A DNA stretch of 64,000 nucleotides from Gammaproteobacteria bacterium (GCA_038922795.1 JBCKWI010000001.1:24033-88032), one strand, 5' to 3'. Numbered from the stretch's first letter, positions 36,457 through 45,557 are shown. Notes: a model not told the origin generated them from the letters alone. Translations and numbers: made by a program.

Positions 36457-38064
36457 ATGCCAACGCTGAACTGGATCGGAAAAGAGGCGGTGGTGAATCA
36501 TCACCTGCAAGTCCCGTTTCATCTCCTTAAAGACGTTCTTGATCTTTCCTGTGGCGATCCGGGCAGCGGCAATCTCATCGTACAAGGTGATAATCTCGTC
36601 GCGCTCAAGGCACTGCTTCCGTATTACGCCGGACAGGTGAAGTGCATCTATATCGATCCACCCTACAATACCGGCAATGAAAACTGGGTCTATAACGATA
36701 ATGTGAACAGCCCCGTGATCCGTGAATGGCTGGGCAAAGTCGTGGGGAAAGAAGGAGAAACACTGGATCGGCACGACCGCTGGTTATGCATGATGTATCC
36801 ACGCCTTGCATTGCTGCGGCAGTTTCTGCGGGAAGACGGAGCGATTTTCATCAGTCTGGATGACAATGAAATTCAATCAATCAGAAATTTAATGGATGAG
36901 ATATTCGGTAGAGAGAATTTCCTGGCAACAATCATATGGCAAAAGAGGACTTCTCCAGATGCTCGGTTAAATTTAGGGCCTGCGCATGATTACATAGTTG
37001 TATATTCAAAAAATCTGAATCTGTTAAAACCTACTCTCAATAAAATCCCTCCAGGTGGAGAACGCGTAAAGGCATATAAAAACCCTGATAATGATCCTCG
37101 TGGAGTTTGGGCCTCTGTCGACATTACAGGACAAACTGGACACGCAACACCAGAACAATTTTACGAAATTGTTACCCCATCAGGATTGCGATTGAAACCA
37201 CCGAAGGGAAGATGTTGGGCAATGGCACAAAAAACAGTTATCGAACTTATCAAAGATAATCGCATTTGGTTTGGAAAGGATGGTAAATCACGTCCAAGAT
37301 TGAAAAAATTCCTCTCTGAAACTGAAGGTGTAACTGCTTGGACTTGGTGGCCAAACTCAGAAGTTGGTCACAATCAAGAAGCTACAAAAGAATTAAATGA
37401 AATAATGCAGAGTGCTGATGTTTTCGATAATCCTAAACCTAGTCGATTGATTCAGCGTATTTGTGGACTTGCCACAGATAAAGAATCAATAGTTCTGGAT
37501 TCATTTACTGGCTCTGGGACAACAGGCCATGCAGTTTTGAATTTAAACAAAGAGGATGGCGGCAACCGTAAATTTATTCTTGTGGAAATGGAGCCTTACA
37601 TTGCCCGTGAAGTGACTTCCGAACGCATACGCCGTGTAGCTGAAGGTTATATGAATACAAAAGGTGAGAAAGTGGAAGGACTCGGCGGTGGTTTCCGTTA
37701 TTGTGAACTCGGAGAACCTTTATTTGATGAAAACGGCAAGATCCGATCATCCGTAACCTTCGGTGAACTGGCCCGGCATGTGTATTTCACCGAGACCGGA
37801 GAACCCTTGCCGCGTGAGCGTGTACCGAATACGCCGTTTCTGGGTGAATGCCGGGGTGTAGGCATTTATCTTTTATATAACGGCATACTCAAGGATAAAA
37901 GCGCGAATGGCGGCAATATGTTGACACGCAATATGCTCGCGCAACTTCCACCCTTTGACGGGCAGAAGGTAATTTACTGTGCCGGTTGTCTGCTGGGCCG
38001 GGATCGTTTGCAGGCAGAACGCATCATCGTGCGACAGACACCATATGAGATTAAGGTGAGTTGA
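36457..38064 (+). CDS. mod: Type III restriction-modification system methyltransferase (Mod), beta-class N6A/N4C MTase
   Basis: 535 aa. Motif IV DPPYNTG precedes motif I DSFTGSGTTGHA. It is followed, after two small genes, by a Res-type helicase-nuclease. Confidence 0.85.
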   Translation: MPTLNWIGKEAVVNHHLQVPFHLLKDVLDLSCGDPGSGNLIVQGDNLVALKALLPYYAGQVKCIYIDPPYNTGNENWVYNDNVNSPVIREWLGKVVGKEGETLDRHDRWLCMMYPRLALLRQFLREDGAIFISLDDNEIQSIRNLMDEIFGRENFLATIIWQKRTSPDARLNLGPAHDYIVVYSKNLNLLKPTLNKIPPGGERVKAYKNPDNDPRGVWASVDITGQTGHATPEQFYEIVTPSGLRLKPPKGRCWAMAQKTVIELIKDNRIWFGKDGKSRPRLKKFLSETEGVTAWTWWPNSEVGHNQEATKELNEIMQSADVFDNPKPSRLIQRICGLATDKESIVLDSFTGSGTTGHAVLNLNKEDGGNRKFILVEMEPYIAREVTSERIRRVAEGYMNTKGEKVEGLGGGFRYCELGEPLFDENGKIRSSVTFGELARHVYFTETGEPLPRERVPNTPFLGECRGVGIYLLYNGILKDKSANGGNMLTRNMLAQLPPFDGQKVIYCAGCLLGRDRLQAERIIVRQTPYEIKVS

Positions 38065-38082
38065 GAAGTGACTAACTTAACT

Positions 38083-38156
38083 GTCATTTCGAGCGTAGCG
38101 AGAAATCTGTATTTCAAATTTATAACCACAAGATTTCTCCCTTCGGTCGAAATGAC
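38083..38156. repeat. REP-type hairpin, family GTCATTTCGA...TCGAAATGAC, copy 2
   Basis: gtcatttcgagcgtagcgagaaatct...agatttctcccttcggtcgaaatgac. Confidence 0.8.
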
Positions 38157-38188
38157 ACGAACTAATTTCCAGAGATTACTTTAATACC

Positions 38189-38386
38189 ATGGTAAATATC
38201 AGAGAAATAGTAGAGCAGTTCAACGAGGATGAAGCGGTGTGGCGTTGTTATGAAGCCATACGCAAACTACGCCGGAAACCGGGCACGACTTTATCGTTGC
38301 CGGAAGAGGTGCTTGATCATCTCGATTGGCTGGAAGCGGAGCGGGAATGCCGCGAACAACATTACAACAACAGGAGGGACCCATGA
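38189..38386 (+). CDS. Small hypothetical protein, translationally coupled to the ORF6N gene
   Basis: 65 aa. Its stop overlaps the next start (ATGA at 38383..38386). I recognised no motif. Confidence 0.45.
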   Translation: MVNIREIVEQFNEDEAVWRCYEAIRKLRRKPGTTLSLPEEVLDHLDWLEAERECREQHYNNRRDP

Positions 38387-38964
38387 AGCAATCGCAATTG
38401 ATTGAATTTCTAATCTTCACCATACACGGCCATAAGGTTTTGCTGGATGCTGATCTGGCACGGTTATATGGCGTAGCAACTAAACGGTTTAACGAGGCAT
38501 TCAAACGTAACCGGCAACGATTTCCAGATGATTTCGCCTTTCAACTTACTGCTGCAGATCTCGCAAACTTGAGGTCACAATTTGCGGCCTCAAGATTGCA
38601 AGCCGCTGAAAATCCTGAAGATATGGCGAACTGGTCGCAATTTGCGACCAGTTCGAGCCGTCATCGAGGTGCAACATATCGCCCATGGGCCTTTACCGAG
38701 CATGGAGCACTGATGGCCGCCAATATCCTGCGCAGCAAGCAGGCCGTTCATATGAGCATTTACGTGGTTCGCGCATTTGTGAAACAGCGTGAGCAAATTA
38801 CAGCGAATGCCGCCATATTCAAACGCCTCGCTGAAATTGACAAAACCTTGTTGCAACATGATTCCACCCTGCGCGATATTTACCGTAAACTCATGCCGCT
38901 GCTGCAACCGCCACCTGAACCTCCTAAACGGCGCATCGGATTCATTACGGATGACGATAAATGA
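38383..38964 (+). CDS. ORF6N domain-containing protein (KilA-N-related DNA-binding)
   Basis: The start is placed at ATG 38383 after AGGAGGG. HGHKVLLDADLARLYGVATKRFNEAFKRNRQRFPDDFAFQLT and YRPWAFTEHGALMAANILRSKQAV are classic ORF6N. Its stop overlaps the res start (ATGA). Confidence 0.8.
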   Translation: MKQSQLIEFLIFTIHGHKVLLDADLARLYGVATKRFNEAFKRNRQRFPDDFAFQLTAADLANLRSQFAASRLQAAENPEDMANWSQFATSSSRHRGATYRPWAFTEHGALMAANILRSKQAVHMSIYVVRAFVKQREQITANAAIFKRLAEIDKTLLQHDSTLRDIYRKLMPLLQPPPEPPKRRIGFITDDDK

Positions 38965-41633
38965 TTACGCTTAAGGATTATCAGATACGTGTGCTGGAAT
39001 CGCTAGGCGAGTTCTTCCGGCTGACGGTTAAAAAGCGTGATCCGCATATTGCCTTTGAGGACGTGACCCGGCGCACTTTTCAGGAACCTGCCCCCTATCT
39101 TCCAAATCCTGCTGGCCTGAATTCAGAAATGCCCTATGTCTGTCTTAGGGTTCCCACGGGTGGAGGCAAGACACTGTTGGCGTGTTATGCAGCGGGATTG
39201 GCGAAGAATGAATTGTTGCATGGAGAACATGCGGTGGTGTTGTGGTTGGTGCCGAGCAATACGATTCTGGATCAGACCGCGGATGCCTTGCGTGATCCCC
39301 GGCATCCATACCGGCGGGCGCTGGCACTGGCCTGTGGCGCCGTTGAAGTCATGACGATAGAAGAAGCATTGCGGGTGTCGCGTGCCACAGTGGATGGACA
39401 GACCGTCGTTATCGTCTTGACCATACAATCATTTCGTGTTGAGGATACTACTGGCCGCAGGGTATATGGACAGAACGGCGCTTTTGCCGAACACTTGCTG
39501 AATGTGCCTGCTGATCGTATTGCTGATCTGTTACCGGGTGCAGATGGCAAACCCTTACCCTCATTAGTCAATATGCTGCGGCTGCGCCGTCCGATTGTCA
39601 TTGTGGATGAGGCACATAATGCACGCACTGATCTCTCATTCAACACACTGAGCGGTGTATTGCCCTCCTGCATCATAGAATTCACTGCAACTCCAGCCCG
39701 TGAAGGTAATCCTTCGAATGTTTTGCATCATGTGTCAGCAGCAGAATTGAAAGCCGCAGATATGATCAAACTTCCCTTGCGTGTTGTGACCCGGCATCCG
39801 AGCCAGCGCGATCAATTGCTTGCTGAAGCCATTACGCTGCGCAGCGACCTTGAAAAACTGGCTATATCCGAAGCACAACAGACCGGTGAATACCTGCGGC
39901 CAATCATGTTGATTCAGGCGGAGCGGGTGGATGGATGCGAACCCTTGCGTGAACGTATGGTAAACGAATTTGGCCAAGTGAAGGATGAAATAAAGATATC
40001 GGTGGGTTCTCTGGATGAACTGAAGGATTTAAAAGATATCGATTCTCCAAAATGCCCGGTGCGATTCATTATCACGGTGCAGAAACTACGAGAGGGTTGG
40101 GATTGTCCGTTTGCGTATGTCTTGTGCAGCCTCAAAGAATCGCGTTCTGCTACTGCGATTGAACAGATTGTCGGGCGTATTCTGCGATTGCCCTCTGCGC
40201 GTTTGAAACGACATCCCGATCTTAACTGTGCATATGCACTTTCAGTTTCTGATTCGCTGCCTGAGGTTTTAAATGAACTGAAAGAAGCGCTGGAAAGCAA
40301 TGGATTTACACCGGCAGAGGCTGATCGAATCATCATTCCTGTCCCACAGGGTGTTTTACCGCTTGGGTTGCAACCACAGACACTAAAAGTGGGGCTGGAA
40401 GAAATTGATACTGTAGTAGCTCAGTCACAAGAGACAGCATTCGCGGGAAAGGTGCGAATAGATACTGCTAAAGGTGAGATCACAGTGATTGTCCCGCTGG
40501 ATGATAGCGAGACAGAAAAGCTTACGAATTGTGTCAAGACACCTGAGGCAAAGGCAAAAGTGCGTGAAATAGCTGAGCTTGTACGGGAAGCGGAAAAGGC
40601 CTTTGGTGGTAGCGGCAAAACACGCATGCCTACACCTTATGAGAGGCGTTTGGATTTTGCCGTGCCGTTGTTATGTGTATATGAAAACGGAAAATTATTC
40701 GATTTTGAAAGTACTTTTCTGATGGAACACGCATGGAAACTCAGTGAAAAAGACGCTTCACTTTCTCAAGGATATAACCCAATGAAACGACCTGTGGGAG
40801 AAGCTGGGTATCTGGATGTGGGTGCAAAAGGCGAAGTGCAGAGTAATGTGATTCAGGCACCTGAAGGTGATTTTGTGACTACACTGCATCAACATGTGCT
40901 GGCCTTTGGAGAGTCCAATGATTGGACACTGGAAATGCTGGTTGCATGGCTGGATAGTCATATTGATCACACAGATATTCCGGCAGGTGAATCGGCGGAA
41001 TTCATGCGTAAAGCGATCCGCGGGTTAATGGCGAAATATGGCATCACGGATATGGGTATACTGGCACTGGATCGCTTTCGTCTGCGCGATAAGATAACGG
41101 CACGCATTCAGGAACATAGAGACAGTGAACGCAAGGCGGCGTTCCGGCAATTCCTGTTACCTGGCTCGTCGCTGACCGTCAGTGATGAGCGAGTCCTTAG
41201 TTTCAAGTCCATGACTTATGAACCAAGCCGGCTCTATGAGGGCGGTTTCCAGTTCAAGAAACATTACTTCGGTCCGAAACCCGGTGAATTGCAGGAAAAA
41301 ACCCGAGGCGGAGAACTGACTGAAGAATTTAAATGTGCACAATTTATTGATGGAAAGGCAGAAGTAGAATTCTGGGTACGCAACCTTGCACGAAAAAATA
41401 CTTCTTTCCGCCTGCAAACATCAACCGACTGGTTTTATCCGGATTTTGTCTGCCAGCTCACGGACGGTCGCGTTCTCGTGGTGGAATATAAAGGCAAGGA
41501 CCGTTATACGGGGGAAGATGCGGAAGAAAAACGTGCGGTTGGTGCTGTGTGGGCAGCACGCAGTAAAGGACGCTGTTTGTACGTCATGCCGACTGAAGGT
41601 AACTATTCAACAATCACTACAGCAATTAAGTAA
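38961..41633 (+). CDS. res: Type III restriction enzyme Res subunit (SF2 helicase + C-terminal PD-(D/E)xK nuclease)
   Basis: 890 aa. Motif I is VPTGGGKT and motif II is VDEAHN. The C-terminal nuclease-like segment is YPDFVCQLTDGRVLVVEYKG. Confidence 0.85.
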   Translation: MITLKDYQIRVLESLGEFFRLTVKKRDPHIAFEDVTRRTFQEPAPYLPNPAGLNSEMPYVCLRVPTGGGKTLLACYAAGLAKNELLHGEHAVVLWLVPSNTILDQTADALRDPRHPYRRALALACGAVEVMTIEEALRVSRATVDGQTVVIVLTIQSFRVEDTTGRRVYGQNGAFAEHLLNVPADRIADLLPGADGKPLPSLVNMLRLRRPIVIVDEAHNARTDLSFNTLSGVLPSCIIEFTATPAREGNPSNVLHHVSAAELKAADMIKLPLRVVTRHPSQRDQLLAEAITLRSDLEKLAISEAQQTGEYLRPIMLIQAERVDGCEPLRERMVNEFGQVKDEIKISVGSLDELKDLKDIDSPKCPVRFIITVQKLREGWDCPFAYVLCSLKESRSATAIEQIVGRILRLPSARLKRHPDLNCAYALSVSDSLPEVLNELKEALESNGFTPAEADRIIIPVPQGVLPLGLQPQTLKVGLEEIDTVVAQSQETAFAGKVRIDTAKGEITVIVPLDDSETEKLTNCVKTPEAKAKVREIAELVREAEKAFGGSGKTRMPTPYERRLDFAVPLLCVYENGKLFDFESTFLMEHAWKLSEKDASLSQGYNPMKRPVGEAGYLDVGAKGEVQSNVIQAPEGDFVTTLHQHVLAFGESNDWTLEMLVAWLDSHIDHTDIPAGESAEFMRKAIRGLMAKYGITDMGILALDRFRLRDKITARIQEHRDSERKAAFRQFLLPGSSLTVSDERVLSFKSMTYEPSRLYEGGFQFKKHYFGPKPGELQEKTRGGELTEEFKCAQFIDGKAEVEFWVRNLARKNTSFRLQTSTDWFYPDFVCQLTDGRVLVVEYKGKDRYTGEDAEEKRAVGAVWAARSKGRCLYVMPTEGNYSTITTAIK

Positions 41634-41656
41634 AACCTCCCGATTCAGGCCGCGGA

Positions 41657-41788
41657 TTATTTTTTCTTTTCTTCCAGTTCATACACATTAATAAAACCAT
41701 CGCGGTTTGGCATCTACACTTTCGGCAGGGCCCCGACATTCATCTCGTCATTCTCTCCGATGTTATTGTCCAGATATACCCTAATCAG
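41657..41788 (-). pseudogene. Fragment B: about 130-nt copy of the 3-prime end of the cytochrome c gene
   Basis: ttattttttcttttcttccagttcatacacattaataaaaccatcgcggtttggcatctacactttcggcagggccccgacattcatctcgtc... aligns with 46639..46770. Confidence 0.75.
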
Positions 41789-41992
41789 GGCATGTTCAGA
41801 AATCTTAAAAGCGTGTAGGCTGTATTCCTATCTACCTGAACCGTAAGCGGAAATCAGGTTCTTCGGTGCCAAACTTGAATCAAAAGAACCAGTTACAATT
41901 CTGCCAGTCTATTAATTCTATGAATGCAATTTGGGTTGAATTTCATTTAACCTACTACTATTTATTAATCTGTAAATGAATTTGTATTATCT

Positions 41993-42646
41993 ATGTTAAT
42001 CACTCACGAACGAGAGAAACTTATTAATGCCATCAAGTATTTCGTAAAAAATACGAAATATTGTGGTCTTACAAAGCTGTTTAAACTTCTTTATTTTCTT
42101 GATTTTATCCACTTCCGGGAGACCGGAAAACCTGTAACGGGTCTTACTTATTACACATGGAAAATGGGCCCGGTTCCACGTGATCTATACAATGAGATTA
42201 AAGATCAAAAAGGTAATATTCATACCTTTTTCTTGATCCAGAACCCGGAAGATCTGGAGGCTGAAGAACATGAATCATTGGATTACAAAATACCTAATGA
42301 CCTGAGGGAAGCAGGATATTCATCTGATCCTCGTTGGGGTAAAAACAAGAAAAAAACAACTGTTTTTAAAGCCTATAACAAATATCACGATAAATATTTT
42401 AGTAAAAGAGAGAAAAGAATCCTTGAAGAAGTAGCTTTCATGTTCAAAGAATTATGGGCAGATCAAATTGTTGAGGTTACTCATCTTAAAGGGGCCCCAT
42501 GGGATAAAACGAAAAAACAAAATGGTATGGACCAGCCCATTGATTACATGTTGGCTTTGGATGGTTCCAGTGATAAAGAACTCAATATTGAAGAATTAAA
42601 AACAAGAATTGTTGAAATGGAAATAGCACGGACTGCTCTTGAATGA
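41993..42646 (+). CDS. Panacea (DUF4065, SocA-like) domain antitoxin
   Basis: 217 aa. LTKLFKLLYFLDFIHFRETGKPVTGLTYYTWKMGPVP is the hallmark N-terminal Panacea motif. Confidence 0.75.
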   Translation: MLITHEREKLINAIKYFVKNTKYCGLTKLFKLLYFLDFIHFRETGKPVTGLTYYTWKMGPVPRDLYNEIKDQKGNIHTFFLIQNPEDLEAEEHESLDYKIPNDLREAGYSSDPRWGKNKKKTTVFKAYNKYHDKYFSKREKRILEEVAFMFKELWADQIVEVTHLKGAPWDKTKKQNGMDQPIDYMLALDGSSDKELNIEELKTRIVEMEIARTALE

Positions 42647-42984
42647 AACCTGGCACAGTAATCCATCATAAATAATTTCAAATCTCCGACGGCAATATAG
42701 ATGATAAGTTGCTGGTAATGCTTAATTATCAACGGGGCGGTGAATTTCTAGCTTTACTAACCACATCACAACAATGTAATAGAAAAAAACTTGAAGGTTG
42801 TCAAAGTGAGTTGGGGTATTATTTTTGCCCTGCAAATAAAAACTGGTTTGAAAAAGATACATGGATTCTTCTGTATGAACCCTATTCTTTGAGTAGAACT
42901 GAACTGGAAAATGCCGAGCAAGCGGGAATTGTGAAAATTATGCAGGATTTAGACGATCAATTAACCCGGGCAATCATAAATTGA
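42643..42984 (+). pseudogene. Putative cognate toxin gene interrupted by an in-frame TAA at codon 11
   Basis: ATG at 42643 overlaps the antitoxin stop (ATGA). The reading is MKPGTVIHHK-TAA-FQISDGNIDDKLLVMLNYQRGGEF..., in the same frame as track ORF 42709..42984. Confidence 0.5.
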
Positions 42985-43055
42985 TTCAAGAAATCTGATG
43001 ATTGTTCTGATCATCACTTATGGTTACTTGCTTAGTATCACAAAACGAAATAGAT

Positions 43056-43530
43056 TTATTTTTTCTTTTCTTCCAGTTTATACACATTTATAAACCCGGC
43101 CCGGTTCGGCATCTGCACCTTGGGCAGGGCGTCGGCATTCATCTCGTCTTTCTCGCTGATAATATTATTCAGATATAAAAGATAGGCCGTGACCGCATAC
43201 ACCTCATCGTTGGTCAATGTCCCCGGTGCGTTCATGGGCATGGAGCGGCGGGTCATATCAAAGATCGTCGTTGCATACGGCCAGTAACTGCCAATGGTCT
43301 GTTCCGGATATTCACTGGTGAGAGACATTTTTGCACCGGCAAGTTGATCTGCCGTACCACCCACGCCTTCCAGACCATGACACGCCACACAATGTTTTTC
43401 ATAAATGGGCTTGCCTGCCTGGGCCGTGCCTTTTCCTTCCGGTAGACCTTCACCATCGGGCATGATGCCGATGTTCCCAGTGGGCGATTTCTTCCGGAGT
43501 TGCAGGTTGCCCGAGTCCTGGGCCTTCTAA
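43056..43530 (-). pseudogene. Fragment C: about 470-nt copy of the 3-prime two-thirds of the cytochrome c gene (heme site retained, N-terminus and signal lost)
   Basis: The 135-aa ORF aligns along its whole length with the C-terminus of ORF 46639..47469 (CVACHG, YWPYATTIFDMTRRSMPM). Homology continues to about 43530 but with a 1-nt indel (gttccc versus gtccc). Confidence 0.85.
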
Positions 43531-43540
43531 AAGATGTGTT

Positions 43541-43732
43541 TATAATTACAAATTATCAGGAAGAGTTGAATATGATGAATTTTACTCTGATAAATCCAAA
43601 CTCATTATTGACCAGATTGACGAAGTTTTAGCACAACACTATGGCTTCTCCGAGGAAGAACTGGATTTCATTATTAATTATGACATCAAGTACCACATGG
43701 GACTCAGCGGGGATGAAAGCGAAAACGAATGA
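43541..43732 (+). pseudogene. 3-prime remnant of a restriction/modification-type gene (tentative)
   Basis: It encodes ...KSKLIIDQIDEVLAQHYGFSEEELDFIINYDIKYHMG...*, which I recognise as a C-terminal tail seen in DNA methyltransferase / type IIG enzymes. There is no start or upstream body. Confidence 0.35.
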
Positions 43733-43771
43733 ACCGCACGGATGTTATGTAACTACATTAGCTTGTTAAAT

Positions 43772-44815
43772 TTACTCTTTGTCAGTTTTGCCTGCTTTAG
43801 CCCTCTCGATCATCCTTTTTACCGCGGAATTTGCTTTATAGGGATATAATTCTATTTCCGGATGCCTTTGGGCAAACACCCTGAAAATTTCGTCTGCAAA
43901 GGCTTGTCCAATCGACTCAACACCATTGAAGTCAAATATGACAACCTTAAACAATTCAACTCTTGCGAGAAGCCTTTTCGCCTGGGAGCGGGATATTAAT
44001 TTGTCATTTCCATATTGGGCCAATTTCACAGGTACGACCGTTTTGTTGAAGCCGTAGTCATCACCGGAAGAATGTTGATCGAATATCTTTTTGGTTGCTC
44101 GCGCAGTATGGTTGTTTAGTTTCATCCATACTGCTGTGCCCGTTTCAAACCGTTCTCTTTCAATAATCCAGTCTTCAGCATCTCCAAATTTATGAGAAAA
44201 ATACACACCGCCAGATACAATATCGAAAGCATCAAACATTCTTGAGGAGAAAAAGATGCCTTCACCGGTATGATTCCTGGGATCTGTAGTTAACTTTCCC
44301 TTGGAGAGCTCAAGGATGGCATGGCGCTCATCCAGCAGGCCCAATTCCGCCTGGATTTTCTTGAAAATACCCACGCCATTGTCGAGCAGCGCCATCTCAG
44401 TATTTGCAGCGGTTTTTCTTATTCGAACGTATATTTCAGAGCCGCCTGAATGATCAATTGCATTATTAAACATTTCAGTGAAACCGTAATGCCATATATC
44501 CATGACATTGTCAGGCATTTGTCCGATCACTGGTGTTATTTCATTTCTCCATACCAGATCTTCGGCCAGTTTTGTGGTGATCTCAAACTGCTGATCCCAT
44601 TCCAATAAAGGACATAGCTTATATGACCGGTTTCTCGTTTTCCCGGTCTCTGAGAGCGCGTGTTCTGAAGCTAGTCTTAGCAGATGTTTATTGACCGCTT
44701 GCCGGGTGATGCCAAAATGTCCGGAGGTCAGCTTGCTTATGTTAGCTGGATGTTTTTCGACGTTTTCCAGTATAAAACGCCGGATGTCTTCACCCCTTGT
44801 TCGCGCCCTGGTCAT
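43772..44815 (-). CDS. wHTH + GHKL (HATPase_c) ATPase + STAS-like DUF4325 protein
   Basis: 347 aa. The N-terminal wHTH is ISKLTSGHFGITRQAVNKHLLRL. GHKL N-box is NNAIDHSGG and G1 is LLDNGVGIF. The C-terminal DUF4325-like segment is LISRSQAKRLLARVELFKVVIFDFNGVESIGQAFADEIFRVF. Confidence 0.7.
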   Translation of the reverse strand: MTRARTRGEDIRRFILENVEKHPANISKLTSGHFGITRQAVNKHLLRLASEHALSETGKTRNRSYKLCPLLEWDQQFEITTKLAEDLVWRNEITPVIGQMPDNVMDIWHYGFTEMFNNAIDHSGGSEIYVRIRKTAANTEMALLDNGVGIFKKIQAELGLLDERHAILELSKGKLTTDPRNHTGEGIFFSSRMFDAFDIVSGGVYFSHKFGDAEDWIIERERFETGTAVWMKLNNHTARATKKIFDQHSSGDDYGFNKTVVPVKLAQYGNDKLISRSQAKRLLARVELFKVVIFDFNGVESIGQAFADEIFRVFAQRHPEIELYPYKANSAVKRMIERAKAGKTDKE

Positions 44816-44835
44816 TTGAAACCTTGCCCCTTATA

Positions 44836-44887
44836 TTGTCAACCTTAATCGCAATTATTGTCAACCATAATGAATAATTTGTCAACC
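44836..44887. promoter_or_regulatory. Three direct TTGTCAACC repeats (iteron-like) upstream of the wHTH-GHKL-STAS gene
   Basis: TTGTCAACC occurs at 44836, 44858 and 44879 (spacing 22 and 21 nt). On the gene strand each reads GGTTGACAA and contains a TTGACA hexamer. The last copy lies 21 nt from the ATG. Confidence 0.55.
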
Positions 44888-44916
44888 ATATAGACGACCG
44901 CCCGGAACCCCGTCAG

Positions 44917-45126
44917 TTATTTTATTCGTGGCTCGAATTGTATGCCATTATCGCCTGGGTGAGAGGTGGTGTGATTGTTGCGCCCATCCCATATTGGATC
45001 TGGGATGCGGTCTGGGAAGGCCGCACACCGGTGTAGCATCAGCGATCTTATATGGCGGCAGTTGTTACAGACCGGACTCCATGCCGAGTCCGGCCTTGTG
45101 TCAAATCGTAGATTTTTATCAGACAT
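44917..45126 (-). CDS. Small Cys-containing hypothetical protein
   Basis: 69 aa. It has CNNC...C and AFPDRIPDPIWDGRNNHTTSHPGDNGIQFEP. It starts 2 nt after the upstream ORF ends. Confidence 0.45.
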   Translation of the reverse strand: MSDKNLRFDTRPDSAWSPVCNNCRHIRSLMLHRCAAFPDRIPDPIWDGRNNHTTSHPGDNGIQFEPRIK

Positions 45127-45128
45127 TG

Positions 45129-45557
45129 TTACTTTCTCCGTCTTCGAGAATATTTAAGTCCGGTCCGGCGCGCAACTCGCATCCATAATAAATGCTGATA
45201 GTGTATATCGAACTGATCTTCCGTGATTTTCTCTGACTGTAGGGCATCATACATTTGCCCGATCAGTTTAGCCTCCACATCTTCTACCGCAGGCATAATA
45301 ACCTCGTCAAACAAGCGCTTGTCCCAGCCGCCTTCAGGCGGTTTCATGATGTACACAAAAGCTGGGTCAATAACGCGCATCTCTGCAACCCCGAGCTCGG
45401 ACGAAGTTTTCACATCCTTGACTGAAAACGAGGTAATTACAGGGTGATTATGCAGCGTGATCGCCCCCTTCATTAACCGCTGCTCTTCTTCTGTAAAAGG
45501 CACGTTGTGTTCGGTGCCAGTTTTTGTGAATAGCAACTCTCCATTTTTAGACAACAC
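45129..45557 (-). CDS. Hypothetical protein, possibly 5-prime truncated (contains an LHNHP...S..D segment)
   Basis: 142 aa from GTG 45557. The reading frame stays open a further 46 codons upstream without any ATG/GTG/TTG, which suggests loss of the original N-terminus. Confidence 0.4.
   Translation of the reverse strand: MLSKNGELLFTKTGTEHNVPFTEEEQRLMKGAITLHNHPVITSFSVKDVKTSSELGVAEMRVIDPAFVYIMKPPEGGWDKRLFDEVIMPAVEDVEAKLIGQMYDALQSEKITEDQFDIHYQHLLWMRVARRTGLKYSRRRRK

Noticed and set aside
43056-43463. Second functional cytochrome c gene
   Set aside because: It aligns only with the C-terminal two-thirds of the gene at 46639. It lacks a signal peptide and upstream partner. Homology continues upstream across a 1-nt indel, so it is treated as a displaced fragment.
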